A stretch of 64,000 bases of DNA from Chthoniobacteraceae bacterium (GCA_037190965.1 JBBCKI010000019.1:51537-115536); one strand, 5' to 3'; positions 27,373 to 37,765 are shown, counted from the first letter of the stretch. Program-made: numbers and translations. The notes: generated by a model from the letters alone, not told the origin.

Positions 27373-28527
27373 ATGAGTCTCCATTGGAACACGCATTGGA
27401 AGCGAGCGATCCTGGCGGTGGCGATCGCCGGATTCCTGTTGGGAACCGCGGGTGCGGAACTTCCTTCGCCTCTCTCCGCCTTTGTCCCGACGGTGGAAAA
27501 TGCTGCCGTGCCGCGCGAGTCCGGGCAGGGCCCGGAAGGGATGGCCTGGATCCCCGGCGGCGAGTTTTCGATGGGGTGCGATACTTGCGCCTCGGGTGTC
27601 TGCGGAGGGGGGCAGGCAGAAATGACTGATGCCCGGCCGGTTCATCGCGTTTACGTGGATGGCTTTTGGATGGACAGGACGGTGGTAACCAACGAGCAGT
27701 TCGCCCGGTTTGTGGATGCGACGGGTTATGTGACCGTGGCCGAGCGGCCTCCGCGCGCGGAGGATTTTCCGGGAGCGCCGAAAGAGAGTCTGGTGGCGGG
27801 TTCGGTGGTGTTCGCGCCTCCCGACGGCCCGGTGCCACTGTGCAACCAGTATCGGTGGTGGACTTACGAGAAAGGAGTCAGTTGGCGGAATCCATCGGGT
27901 CGGACCGGGCAAGTGGGGAGCGATCTGAAAGGGATGCCCGTTGTCCATATTGCCTATGAGGACGCGCTGGCCTACGCCAAATGGGCCGGGAAGCGCCTTC
28001 CAACAGAAGCGGAATGGGAGTTCGCCGCGCGCGGCGGCCTTACCGGCAAAAATTACCCGTGGGGTGATGAATTCGTGCCGGGCGGGCGTTGGATGGCCAA
28101 CACATTTCAGGGGCATTTCCCGTATCAGGATATCGCTGAAGATGGTTTTGCCGGGATCGCCCCTGTCGCCCAATACCCGCCGAACGGTTATGGGCTTTAT
28201 GACATGGCGGGGAATGTCTGGCAGTGGTGCAGCGATTGGTATCGTGCCGATACTTACCAGGGTAACGCCGCGTCCGACTTCGTCGCCCGTAATCCACAAG
28301 GCCCGGCTACTTCTCTGGATCCGTCCGAGCCATCGCAGAAAAAGCGGGTGCAGCGGGGCGGCTCCTTTCTTTGTTCCGATCAGTATTGCGCACGATACTT
28401 GGTGGGATCTCGAGGCAAGGGGGAGGAGAGCAGCGGCAGCAACCATATCGGGTTTCGCTGCGTGCGCGATGGGAAAGCTGCTTCTGCACAATCAGGAATC
28501 ACAAACGTAAAGGGAATCATACCATGA
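27373..28527 (+). CDS. Formylglycine-generating enzyme family protein (FGE-sulfatase)
   Basis: RLPTEAEWEFAARGG, NGYGLYDMAGNVWQW, RGGSFLCSDQYCARY with both catalytic Cys, HIGFRC. Confidence 0.93.
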   Translation: MSLHWNTHWKRAILAVAIAGFLLGTAGAELPSPLSAFVPTVENAAVPRESGQGPEGMAWIPGGEFSMGCDTCASGVCGGGQAEMTDARPVHRVYVDGFWMDRTVVTNEQFARFVDATGYVTVAERPPRAEDFPGAPKESLVAGSVVFAPPDGPVPLCNQYRWWTYEKGVSWRNPSGRTGQVGSDLKGMPVVHIAYEDALAYAKWAGKRLPTEAEWEFAARGGLTGKNYPWGDEFVPGGRWMANTFQGHFPYQDIAEDGFAGIAPVAQYPPNGYGLYDMAGNVWQWCSDWYRADTYQGNAASDFVARNPQGPATSLDPSEPSQKKRVQRGGSFLCSDQYCARYLVGSRGKGEESSGSNHIGFRCVRDGKAASAQSGITNVKGIIP

Positions 28528-30104
28528 GAGATTGGATCATCGCAGGGTTGGCATTGGGTTTTGGCTGGCTGTCCGCTGCGCAGGCCCAGCAGAAGCAGCC
28601 GAACATCGTGGTCATTATGGGTGACGATATCGGCTGGTTTAACATCGGCGCTTACCATCAGGGGATCATGGCGGGCAGAACGCCCAACCTCGACCGGCTC
28701 GCCTCGGAGGGGATGCGGTTCACTGATTACTACGCCGAGGCAAGCTGTACGGCGGGCCGCGCCAACTTCATCACCGGCGAACTGCCGATCCGCACCGGGT
28801 TGACCACGGTTGGCCAGGCGGGGGCAAAGATCGGTATTCCGGCGCAAGCCGTCACCATTGCCACGGTGCTCAAGTCGATGGGATACGCCACCGGCCAGTT
28901 CGGGAAGAATCACCTGGGCGATCTGAATGAATTTCTTCCCACGGTGCATGGGTTCGACGAGTTTTTCGGCTATCTCTATCATCTCGACGCGATGGAGGAC
29001 CCCGCCCATCCGAATTACCCGCAGGATCTTCTTGATAGGGTCGGCCCGCGCAACATGATCCATTCCTGGGCAACGGAGGTGGATGATGCCACCGTGCAGC
29101 CTCGCTGGGGAAAGATAGGCAAACAGAGAATCGAGGATGCGGGGACGCTTTTCCCCGAGCGGATGAAAACCGTGGACACCGAGATCCTCGATCACACGCT
29201 CAAGTTCATCGACAAGGCCCAGAAGGACGGCAAGCCGTTCTTTATCTGGATGAACCCGAGCCGGATGCATGTTGTGACGCACCTCTCCGAGAAGTATGAG
29301 AAGATGCGCAACTCCGAAAACGGTTGGTCGATCCAGGAGGCCGGTATGGCGCAGCTCGACGATGTTGTCGGCGCGGTGATGGAAAAGCTCAAGGAGGCTG
29401 GGCTCGATGACAACACCATCGTCGTTTTTACCACCGATAACGGAGCGGAAAACTTCACATGGCCCGACGGCGGGCAGACGCCGTTTGCCGGAGGGAAGGG
29501 GACGGCGCTGGAAGGGGGATTCCGTGTCCCCGCGTTGGTGCGCTGGCCGGGGAACGTGCCCGCCGGCAAGGTCGAAAACAGCATCATGTCGGGGCTCGAC
29601 TGGTTCCCCACCTTCGTCGCCATGGCTGGGAATCCCAAAATCGCCGATGAGCTTAAGCAGGGAAAACAGTTGGGTGACCGGAAGTACAAGGTCCACCTCG
29701 ATGGCTATAATCAGTTGGACTTCATCACGGGCAAGGGCCCTTCGCAGCGGCATGAGGTTCTCTATTTCACGCAGAGTACCCTCGGCGCAGTGCGGATCGA
29801 TGATTTCAAATATCGCTTCGTCGACCAGCCAAGCGGCTGGCTGGGCGCTACCGTCAAAGTCGATTGGCCCATCCTCACCAATCTCCGGTTGGACCCGCTT
29901 GAGCGTACCGGAATCACCGGTTCACTCCAGTATGCGAACTGGTTTATCTATGAATTCTGGCGGTTTGTGTTCGTGCAGCAGCAGATCGAAAAGATCGGCC
30001 AGACGTTTGTGGAGTTTCCGCCGCTTCAGAGGGGCGCAAGCTTCAACCTCGAAGCGGTGAAGGAGCAAATCATGAAAGCCATCCAGTCTCGGGAAGGGAG
30101 CTGA
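28524..30104 (+). CDS. Arylsulfatase (Cys-type)
   Basis: Signal peptide, PNIVVIMGDD, SCTAGRA...TG, GKNHLG, TDNG, EGG.RVP. Confidence 0.95.
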   Translation: MRDWIIAGLALGFGWLSAAQAQQKQPNIVVIMGDDIGWFNIGAYHQGIMAGRTPNLDRLASEGMRFTDYYAEASCTAGRANFITGELPIRTGLTTVGQAGAKIGIPAQAVTIATVLKSMGYATGQFGKNHLGDLNEFLPTVHGFDEFFGYLYHLDAMEDPAHPNYPQDLLDRVGPRNMIHSWATEVDDATVQPRWGKIGKQRIEDAGTLFPERMKTVDTEILDHTLKFIDKAQKDGKPFFIWMNPSRMHVVTHLSEKYEKMRNSENGWSIQEAGMAQLDDVVGAVMEKLKEAGLDDNTIVVFTTDNGAENFTWPDGGQTPFAGGKGTALEGGFRVPALVRWPGNVPAGKVENSIMSGLDWFPTFVAMAGNPKIADELKQGKQLGDRKYKVHLDGYNQLDFITGKGPSQRHEVLYFTQSTLGAVRIDDFKYRFVDQPSGWLGATVKVDWPILTNLRLDPLERTGITGSLQYANWFIYEFWRFVFVQQQIEKIGQTFVEFPPLQRGASFNLEAVKEQIMKAIQSREGS

Positions 30105-30115
30105 TCGCCATCACC

Positions 30116-31903
30116 TCAGTCGCCCTTCGCCGTCTCTTTTTTCTCTGTCAGCTTGAGATGCTGGGCATAATAGGTCTGAAGGACTCTCAGCTTGGGATCC
30201 CACCGGAGTGCCATTTGATAGGCGTCTTTCGCTTCCTCGTGCCGGTTCAGCCCGTCGAGCGCTTGCCCGAGCCGCGTCAAAAGGTTGATGTCCTGAGGCA
30301 CAAGACGAAGCCCATTTTTGTAGGCATCGACCGCTTCCTCAAAAAATGACGTTCGCAGGGTGGCTATCGGGATCATTGAGGCCCGGCTTCGGTGGGATTC
30401 TCCCAGGTAGAACCACGGGTCCGGGTTCTCCTGTTCAACGAGAATGGCGGCTTTGGAGTAGCGGATGGCGTCGCTGAATTTCCTGTCACGCATTGCCACG
30501 CGGGCTTGTTCCGTTAGTCGCTCCCCTTCGAACCTGGGGATGACCGCGCTGACGAGGCAGGCCCCGATGACCGGCAGGGCGAAGCGGGCGAGAGTGACGG
30601 TCGAGGCGCGCGACGGTCTCAAGGCAGGGAGCGGACCGTCGCCCGGGTTGGCCAGAATCCCGAAGGCAAAAGCGTAGAGCAACGCGTTGCCGGGGATGTG
30701 CATGTTAAAATCCACGACGGAATGAGCCATCAGCGCGGCAACGACGCCGAGCGCTCCAAGGTTGAGCGCGAGGGTGTTGCTCCAGGGGGGGGACTGCGGA
30801 TCGGTGAGTCTTTGCGTGGTTATTTTCCGCGCGCCGCGTATTCCGTTGGCAATGTGCATGACCAGGAAAAGGGCTGCCAGCGTTCCTCCGACGGTCCCGT
30901 ACTCGGCCAGCATCTCCAGGTAGTCGCCGTGCGCATGGACGGGATCGGTCTGGAGCTCCGGGCGGCGGAAGAGGCGTCCGTAGATCAGGTGGGTTCCCGC
31001 GCCGGTTCCCCAGACGGGGGAGAGATGAAACTGATCCAGCGCGGCGGCCCAGTTCGCATAGCGGATGTCGTTGGCGATGACTTTCTGGGCGCGAAGGCGA
31101 ATTTTGTCGTTCCTCGCGCCGATGGAGAGCGCGGTGGCGAAAAGGGTCAGCAGGGTGAGGACCACGACAAGCCCGGGGATGAACGCTTTCCCGGGCCGGA
31201 CTCGGGAGATCATCCAGAGGAAGAGTGCCGCAAGGATCACCAGCGAGAAGGCGGAACTGAGATAGCCGCCACGGCTCAGGCTGATTGCCACGCCGACATA
31301 ACAGAGAATCGCCACCGCCGCCGCCGTCAGTTTCTCCGCGATGGGCCAGCGGCTCCAGCAGGCAAGGGCCAGCGCAAACATGGCCGCCGCTTCCAGATAG
31401 CCCGCAAAGTGATTTGGGCTGATGAACATGCCGCTGGCGCGGTGGACCATCCCGTCGTTTGCCATCGCGTCGGGCCGAAGAAAGCCGAACAGCATAAAGC
31501 CGCTCTTTTGGGTGAATTGAAAAAAGCCCAAAGTGACTTGAAACGCCGCGATGACCAAAAGGAGGGTGACGATGCGGAGGCGGTCGCGCGATCCCGTCAG
31601 GTAGAGCGCCGTCATCAGGTAGACGATGAGGCATCCCGCCGTCATGAAGAGATCGGGTCTTGCGAGGTACGGGTAGGGCGAGTACCAGGCGCGAATAAGC
31701 ACGTAACCGCCGAGCAGGGTGGTGCTCAGCAAAGCGAGTCCGGAGGGTTTAGGAACGGGGCGGCGAAACGACGCAAGGGTGAGAAACGCGGCCGTTCCCA
31801 ACAAGGCGTAGGAGGGATAACTGAAAAGCAATCGCGTGCCTCCAATGAGACACTGAATGACGACGAACGCGATGGCAATGAGGAGGAAGTAGAGGAAATT
31901 CAC
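30116..31903 (-). CDS. O-antigen ligase (Wzy_C) family protein with C-terminal TPRs
   Basis: RASG.F..PNHFAGYLE, SLSRGG, G.GAG, HAHGDYLEML.EYG; TPR-like C-terminus. Confidence 0.88.
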   Translation of the reverse strand: MNFLYFLLIAIAFVVIQCLIGGTRLLFSYPSYALLGTAAFLTLASFRRPVPKPSGLALLSTTLLGGYVLIRAWYSPYPYLARPDLFMTAGCLIVYLMTALYLTGSRDRLRIVTLLLVIAAFQVTLGFFQFTQKSGFMLFGFLRPDAMANDGMVHRASGMFISPNHFAGYLEAAAMFALALACWSRWPIAEKLTAAAVAILCYVGVAISLSRGGYLSSAFSLVILAALFLWMISRVRPGKAFIPGLVVVLTLLTLFATALSIGARNDKIRLRAQKVIANDIRYANWAAALDQFHLSPVWGTGAGTHLIYGRLFRRPELQTDPVHAHGDYLEMLAEYGTVGGTLAALFLVMHIANGIRGARKITTQRLTDPQSPPWSNTLALNLGALGVVAALMAHSVVDFNMHIPGNALLYAFAFGILANPGDGPLPALRPSRASTVTLARFALPVIGACLVSAVIPRFEGERLTEQARVAMRDRKFSDAIRYSKAAILVEQENPDPWFYLGESHRSRASMIPIATLRTSFFEEAVDAYKNGLRLVPQDINLLTRLGQALDGLNRHEEAKDAYQMALRWDPKLRVLQTYYAQHLKLTEKKETAKGD

Positions 31904-31978
31904 ACGGCGGGGATCGACCCGCGCCTATCGTGGCCTTGCGCGGAGGCGAAGTCAACGGGATCGAAAGGGGGGCTGGCC

Positions 31979-32136
31979 AGGTAGACCGCTCTCGCCGAGA
32001 AGCGCGGGAGATGAGCAGGAAACGCGTTTGACATTATCCCGCAAGGTGGGCTGAAGTTGTTGGGATGTAGCCTTCAGGGAGCCGGGAGCCGATGCCCGCG
32101 CTCGACGGCGCGAGCGGACTACCGGTGCTGCGCACC
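31979..32136 (+). repeat. GTAG-REPIN family B, full copy
   Basis: GTAG-ACCGCTCTCGCCGAGAAGCG ... CGCTCGACGGCGCGAGCGGA-CTAC; aligns with revcomp 41670-41830. Confidence 0.85.
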
Positions 32137-32169
32137 GATCGTTAGGGAGGCGTCGAATTTTTCTTCTTT

Positions 32170-32544
32170 TCAGGTTGATTCATCCGAAAGCGAATCGAGC
32201 TCCCGGCGTTCGCGCTTGGTGGGCCGGCCTGCGCCTTTTGGTCTCACGCCCGGCATCCGGAACGCGGCGTCCCGTTGTTTTTCGAATTCCTCGGGTGGCG
32301 TGAGGTCTTCGGCGAATTGAGGAACCAGTTTTGCCCCGACCCGGGAGGGGGGCATGGCTTCGAGCGCCCGCAGGGTGCGGGTGATGACCCCGGTGCGCGC
32401 GGTGATCAGTTCATTTGGCTTTACGGCATGGGATGGCTTTGCCGGGGTGCCGTTGACCTTCACGTGGCCGCCCTTGATGGCCGTGACGGAAAGGGCGCGG
32501 GTTTTATAAAGTCGAACCGCCCAAAGCCATTGGTCGAGTCGCAT
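32170..32544 (-). CDS. hslR: S4 RNA-binding heat shock protein Hsp15
   Basis: MRLDQWLWAVRLYKTR, GRPTKRERR. Confidence 0.9.
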   Translation of the reverse strand: MRLDQWLWAVRLYKTRALSVTAIKGGHVKVNGTPAKPSHAVKPNELITARTGVITRTLRALEAMPPSRVGAKLVPQFAEDLTPPEEFEKQRDAAFRMPGVRPKGAGRPTKRERRELDSLSDEST

Positions 32545-32556
32545 CGGTTGAAGGGG

Positions 32557-34062
32557 TCAATCCAGTGAGGGAAGCTCGTAGACTTCCAGCCCGGGGTGGA
32601 GGTAGATGACAGTGCTGCGGGGGCGTTTCCAGAGCGGTTGGTTGCCGTCCTGAAGCTCGCGGTAAAGCCGGATGGCCTTGCGGTGCGTCTCCTCCGCGCC
32701 GGGTTGCGGGCGCAGGCTTTTGAGCTGGTAGCGGCCGTAGGCGCTCTCGGAGAGGACGATGTGGGTGACGCCCTCTGCGCGCAGGGCGTCGGCATCGGCA
32801 AACGACTCGATGTTCCGGCCGATGATCTCGGCGGTGACGGGCGGCTGATACGCGTTGAACTTCCGGCGTTTCGGGGTGGGGAGCATGACCTTTCGGTCGA
32901 CGGCCAGTTTGGCGTTGGGGAGTTCCGTGTTAAGCCACGCCGTCAGGTCGGTAAGGTCGTCTTTCCGGAAAGCTCGGTAATATTTTACAAGATCGGGCAA
33001 TTGCACCAGCGCGAGCCCCACGATCAGGGCCGTCGCCGGAAGCTGCAAGGGCCATTGTTTTCGCAGGTAGTAGACGCCAAGCGCCGCCCCGCAGAGGAAA
33101 AGGGCGGTGGCGGGGAGGAAGTAGCGGTCGTTGGTTTTCGGCGAAAAAGAAAGAATCGCCAGAAAGACGATCGGGAAGAGCGTCAGCGTCCATTCGACGG
33201 CGGAGAGCTTCCTGCGCCGTTTCCAGCAGGTGATGTAATACCAGAGAAGCGGGACCCAGAGGAAGAAGATGACATTCTGCTGGAAGGCCGTGAGATAGAC
33301 GTCGTGAGGGACGGAGCGCGTCGTTCCGCGCTGGCCTTCGATCACCATTTTCATCTCCCGATCGAGCCCGGCTTCGAAACCGGCCAGATTGGAGACGATG
33401 GGCCAGTTGATGAGTGCAAAGGCGAAGGCGAGCGTTCCGCCGAACGCGGCAAGGACTTTGCCTCGTTGTCCTTTTTCCACGGCGAAGGGGATCAGCACCA
33501 GGGAGAGGAGCGGGGCGAAAGCGCCCAGGTATTTCCCCGAAACGGAAAGCGCCGCCCCGATGCCGAGGAGCGCGGCGGTTCCAATGGAGGGCCGTTTCCA
33601 GTAAAGAGTGAGCGTGAAAAACCAGGCGCTGATGCCGAAGAGCAGGGAGGTGTCTTCCTTGAAATAGTGCGCCAATTCGAAGAGCTGGTGATTGGTAAGC
33701 AGCAGCACTCCGGCGGCCAGCGCGGCGAAAGGTCCGGCGATCAGCCAGAGCATCAGCGAGAGCAGGACGACGGCTCCCGCGCAAAAAGCCGCCGAGACGA
33801 AACGCCCCGTTTCAACGACGTGCTGCCCGTTCTCCAGTTCGCCCGGCGTGCTGCTTGCCGCCGTCACGGCGCGCACCGTGGAGAGCATGAGCATCGGGTG
33901 ATGGTAGTTCCACTCGGCGGTTTGGATCTGTTCCGCCTTTCCCGGTTCGTCGGGGTGATAGTAGAACGGGAACCGGTTCTCCCGCGTGAACAGAAAGAGC
34001 GCGGCGGCGAAGAGCGTCACCGCAAAGAGCCAGGTTTCAACTCGAACTCGGAAACATCTCAT
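32557..34062 (-). CDS. GT-C (PMT/ArnT-like) membrane glycosyltransferase
   Basis: YHPDE, HP motif, KED, GKY, DRYFLP; many TM helices; start uncertain. Confidence 0.7.
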   Translation of the reverse strand: MRCFRVRVETWLFAVTLFAAALFLFTRENRFPFYYHPDEPGKAEQIQTAEWNYHHPMLMLSTVRAVTAASSTPGELENGQHVVETGRFVSAAFCAGAVVLLSLMLWLIAGPFAALAAGVLLLTNHQLFELAHYFKEDTSLLFGISAWFFTLTLYWKRPSIGTAALLGIGAALSVSGKYLGAFAPLLSLVLIPFAVEKGQRGKVLAAFGGTLAFAFALINWPIVSNLAGFEAGLDREMKMVIEGQRGTTRSVPHDVYLTAFQQNVIFFLWVPLLWYYITCWKRRRKLSAVEWTLTLFPIVFLAILSFSPKTNDRYFLPATALFLCGAALGVYYLRKQWPLQLPATALIVGLALVQLPDLVKYYRAFRKDDLTDLTAWLNTELPNAKLAVDRKVMLPTPKRRKFNAYQPPVTAEIIGRNIESFADADALRAEGVTHIVLSESAYGRYQLKSLRPQPGAEETHRKAIRLYRELQDGNQPLWKRPRSTVIYLHPGLEVYELPSLD

Positions 34063-34235
34063 GAGGTTGGGCCGCAAGGCTCATTTGCGTTCTTCACCCC
34101 GCCAGGGAAGGTGGTGGCTACCCGGCATAGATTCGAACTATGACTAAGGGCTCCAAAGACCCCTGTGCTACCTTTACACCACCGGGTAAAAACCCACGGA
34201 AATTCCGTGGGAGGCAAATGGATAATGGGTTCGGC

Positions 34236-35780
34236 TCAGGATTGCAAGCGGCGGAGAAGATTTTTTCCGGTCATTTCCGCAGGAACCTCCAAACCGAGCA
34301 GCCCCAGGAGCGTGGGAGCCACGTCGGCGAGGATTCCGTCCTGCACCTGCACCTTGTCAGCGTCGTCGCCCGCGTAGATGACGTGCACGAGGTTGGTGGT
34401 GTGCGCCGTGTTGGGGGAGCCATCCGCGTTGCGCATCTGCTCGCAGTTCCCGTGGTCGGCGGTGATCAGGAGCTTGCCGCCCAGCTTGAGGGTCGCCTCG
34501 GTCACTTGTTGCACGGCTTTGTCGATGGTTTCCACCGCCTTGATGCCCGCCTCCACGACGCCGGTGTGGCCGACCATGTCGGGGTTGGCGAAGTTGAGGA
34601 TGACGAGATCATACTTGGGCAGGAGTTCCTGAACGGCTGCCGAGACCTGCGCCGCGCTCATCTCCGGCTGGAGATCGTAGGTGGCCACCTTTGGCGAGGG
34701 GATGATCTCCCGGTCTTCGCCGGGGTGGGGGGCTTCGACGCCGCCGTTGAAGAAGTAGGTGACGTGCGGGTACTTTTCCGTTTCCGCGATCCGGAGTTGC
34801 TTGAGCCCCGCGCGGCTGACGACTTCGCCCAAAAGGTTGTTCATCGACTCCGGGCTGAACACCGCCGGGACGCCGTAGGTTTTGTCATATTCGGTGAGCG
34901 TCACGTAGCTCACCTTGGGGGTGACCTCGCGGTCGAAGCCATCGAAATCCGGACGCAGGAACGCTTCCGAGAGCTGGCGGGCGCGGTCGGCACGGAAGTT
35001 GAAGAAGAGCACCACGTCGCCCGTGCGCACACGCTGTTCGTTGGGGTGCGAGAAGATGAGCGGGGGCATGAACTCGTCGGTCACGCCGTCGCCGTAGCGG
35101 TCGCCCAGGGTTTCCGAGGGGGAAAGCGGGGAGAACGTTCCCCGGCCCAGCACGATGGCGTCCCAGGCGAGTTTGGTGCGGTCCCAGCGGTGGTCGCGGT
35201 CCATGGCGAAGTACCGACCGACGACGGTGGCGATCTGCGCACCGCTCGGCTTCAATCCCTGTTCCACGTGTTTGAGAGAGGCCGCGCCCCCGGTCGGAGA
35301 GCAGTCGCGCCCGTCGGTGATCGCATGCACCATGATGTCGTTCACCCCGGCTTCGTGCGCTGTGTTGGCGAGGGCGATCAAATGTTCCTGGTGGCTGTGC
35401 ACGCCGCCGTCGGAAACGAGCCCCAGAAAATGGAGCCTCGCTCCCGGCTTGCGGGCTTTTGAAAATGCTTCTTTGAGCACCGGGTTGTCGTGCAGCTTTC
35501 CTTCCGCCACGGCTTTGTTGATCCGGGTGAGATCTTGATAGACGATCCGTCCCGCGCCGAGGTTGAGGTGCCCGACTTCGGAGTTGCCCATCTGCCCGGC
35601 GGGGAGCCCGACATCCAGGCCGCTCGCGCTAAGGGTCGCGCCCGGGTAGCGGGCGTAAAGCTGATCGTGAAAAGGGGTTTTCGCGAGGAGCGTGGTGTTG
35701 CCGTCCGCTTCCGCGTGGACGCGGCCACGTGGATTGATTCCCCAACCGTCACGAATGATGAGCACTACTGGTTTCGCCAT
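34236..35780 (-). CDS. gpmI: 2,3-bisphosphoglycerate-independent phosphoglycerate mutase
   Basis: DGWG, MGNSEVGH, SDGGVHSH, DGRD, AETEKYPHVT, NPDMVGHTG, TADHGN. Confidence 0.98.
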   Translation of the reverse strand: MAKPVVLIIRDGWGINPRGRVHAEADGNTTLLAKTPFHDQLYARYPGATLSASGLDVGLPAGQMGNSEVGHLNLGAGRIVYQDLTRINKAVAEGKLHDNPVLKEAFSKARKPGARLHFLGLVSDGGVHSHQEHLIALANTAHEAGVNDIMVHAITDGRDCSPTGGAASLKHVEQGLKPSGAQIATVVGRYFAMDRDHRWDRTKLAWDAIVLGRGTFSPLSPSETLGDRYGDGVTDEFMPPLIFSHPNEQRVRTGDVVLFFNFRADRARQLSEAFLRPDFDGFDREVTPKVSYVTLTEYDKTYGVPAVFSPESMNNLLGEVVSRAGLKQLRIAETEKYPHVTYFFNGGVEAPHPGEDREIIPSPKVATYDLQPEMSAAQVSAAVQELLPKYDLVILNFANPDMVGHTGVVEAGIKAVETIDKAVQQVTEATLKLGGKLLITADHGNCEQMRNADGSPNTAHTTNLVHVIYAGDDADKVQVQDGILADVAPTLLGLLGLEVPAEMTGKNLLRRLQS

Positions 35781-35867
35781 AAAAAATTTGAAATGCCGGG
35801 AGATCATTCATGGCGACAGGCCGATTTGCAACCGGCGATTGCGGGGAAACGCCCTGATTTTGCAGCC

Positions 35868-36674
35868 TCAATGGCCCGCGAGCCGCGCCTGGAGAAGCCT
35901 GAACTCATGCTCCGCCAGCACCCACCATGCGTACTGGAGGAATTTGAAGATCGGGTATGGCGGGCAGACCGTCCGGCAGGCTCCGGCTCGGATGGCATCG
36001 AAGATCGCCTCCGCCGAGGCGTCGTCTCCATTGTGCTCCGCCTTTACCAGGGTGTAATGACGGCCGAAGTAGTCGAGCCGGTGGGCGTCGGAGGTTGCCA
36101 GAAGCGGTTTGTTGAAGCGATGGGCAATGCGGAGCGCGGCCCGGTTCGGATTCAGGAGCCGGGTGTGAAAGTGACTCAGTTCGATGGCGTCGAAAAGGTC
36201 GATATGCTCGATGAGCCGCCGGTTCCCGATGGAGCCGCCCATAAGATAAAAGGGGTGAGGGGCGAAGATCAGAACGGAGCCGCCCCGCCGTCGCCGCAAC
36301 GCCTCCAGATCGCGAAGGTGCCGCAGTTCCCTCGCTTCCTCTTCGCAAAGGTTGACGATCACCACGTCGGCTCCGTCGAGACGCATCTCCGCGGCGGGAA
36401 TGAGCAGGATGCCGAGTTGGCGCGCCGTCTCGAAGACTTCCGGTTTGGTCAGCACGTGATCGTGGAGCGTGATGGCCAGCGCCTCGAAGCCAAGGGCGTG
36501 GGCGCGGTGCAGGAGATCGATCGCGGAGTGTTCCAGCTCATCAAGCGGATCCTCGCTGGCGTGGAGATGGAAATCGATCTTCAGCCACGGCTCCGGCTCC
36601 CCGGAGGCTTCGGTATCATCCGGGGAGGTAGGGACTTCCGAAGATGGAAGGGGCGGGTTTCCTGCTTGGGGCAT
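35868..36674 (-). CDS. PHP-family metal-dependent phosphoesterase
   Basis: DFHLH, AITLHD, PAAE, PHP, SDAH. Confidence 0.85.
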   Translation of the reverse strand: MPQAGNPPLPSSEVPTSPDDTEASGEPEPWLKIDFHLHASEDPLDELEHSAIDLLHRAHALGFEALAITLHDHVLTKPEVFETARQLGILLIPAAEMRLDGADVVIVNLCEEEARELRHLRDLEALRRRRGGSVLIFAPHPFYLMGGSIGNRRLIEHIDLFDAIELSHFHTRLLNPNRAALRIAHRFNKPLLATSDAHRLDYFGRHYTLVKAEHNGDDASAEAIFDAIRAGACRTVCPPYPIFKFLQYAWWVLAEHEFRLLQARLAGH

Positions 36675-36725
36675 GGCGGTAGTTTCAGCCGGAAAAAGAA
36701 ATTCTCAAGTTTTGAAAAAAGTCGC

Positions 36726-36753
36726 TTGCGCCCCTGAAAACCCGTGGTAGAAC
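36726..36753 (+). promoter_or_regulatory. Promoter of tRNA-Leu
   Basis: TTGCGC-N16-TAGAAC with extended -10 TG. Confidence 0.55.
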
Positions 36754-36772
36754 TAACGGCCCATCGCACAAG

Positions 36773-36853
36773 GCTCGGGTGGTGAAATGGCAGACACGTA
36801 CGTTTGAGGGGCGTATGCCGCAAGGCATGGGGGTTCAAGTCCCCCCCCGAGCA
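36773..36853 (+). tRNA. tRNA-Leu(GAG)
   Basis: Acceptor GCTCGGG/CCCGAGC+A, anticodon stem TACGT/GCGTA with loop TTGAGGG, long variable arm, GTTCAAG T-loop; CCA not encoded. Confidence 0.95.
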
Positions 36854-37014
36854 CTTCTTCTAAAATCTTGAAACTCCAATCGGGGTTTTACTGCAAGGGA
36901 CCAATCTTACGGTCAGCTTCGGCTTCAGTTCCGATGGTTGCATGCTGTTCATCCAATCCGTAATTTGTGGCGGGGGCCATGACGGGGGCGATGAAGGCTA
37001 AATCCTACCCTTGC

Positions 37015-37671
37015 ATGGAACCACTATTGCCGAAAGCGAAGGACGACCTTGCTGCAAGCAAGGTATTGATTGTCGATGATCAAGCCGCGATCTCCGGACT
37101 GTTGCGCCTGCTGATGCGCGACTGGCCCGGGTTTGAGGTGGTGGGTGAGTGCGCTTCGGCGGAAGATGCGCTCTGTTTCTGTAGGCAGGAATCGCCAGAC
37201 CTGATCATCATGGATGCGGCGGTGAACGGACTGCAGCCTTCCCAGTTTGTCCAAGCCGTTAAAACGATCTCTCCGTCGATCCGACTGCTGGTTTTCTCGC
37301 GCTGGGATCATCCTGATTTCGCCCGCACCTTCACGGTGGCGGGCGTTCACGGGTTTATCTTCAAGCGGGACGCCCTGGAGATTCTTCAGGGGGCGGTCTG
37401 CACGGTTGTTTCCGGCGGAACGTACTTCTCGCCCCTCATCGAAGAAGCGCAGCGCACGCTCAAGCCAGGGAGACACCCTTTGACGGAACGGGAGATTGCC
37501 GCGCTACGCCTGATTGCGGAGGGGCATTCCACCAAGGAGATGGCTTCGGCGCTCGATATCAGCGTCAAGACGGCGGAGAAATATCGGGAGCGGATCATGC
37601 GGAAGCTCGATCTCCATGACGCCGTGCAACTGACCCATTTTGCGATCAGGCGGGGCATCGTTGCTCCGTAA
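37015..37671 (+). CDS. NarL/LuxR family response regulator (orphan)
   Basis: VLIVDDQ, PDLIIMD, LTERE...IAEG.STKE.A..L.ISVKT; start uncertain. Confidence 0.9.
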   Translation: MEPLLPKAKDDLAASKVLIVDDQAAISGLLRLLMRDWPGFEVVGECASAEDALCFCRQESPDLIIMDAAVNGLQPSQFVQAVKTISPSIRLLVFSRWDHPDFARTFTVAGVHGFIFKRDALEILQGAVCTVVSGGTYFSPLIEEAQRTLKPGRHPLTEREIAALRLIAEGHSTKEMASALDISVKTAEKYRERIMRKLDLHDAVQLTHFAIRRGIVAP

Positions 37672-37765
37672 TCTCTTCACGTCTCGCGGACGTGCCCCGT
37701 TAAGGAGGTGGGCGAAACGCCGGGTTTGACACTGGGCGTAGGTCCGGTAACCTCCTTTACCGACC

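Noticed and set aside
27184..28491. N-terminal 435 aa of the 698-aa minus-strand ORF
   Set aside because: Antisense to the FGE gene; the real gene starts at the signal peptide at 27183
36773..37671. tRNA-Leu as an island integration site
   Set aside because: No integrase and no duplicated tRNA 3' end seen in the window
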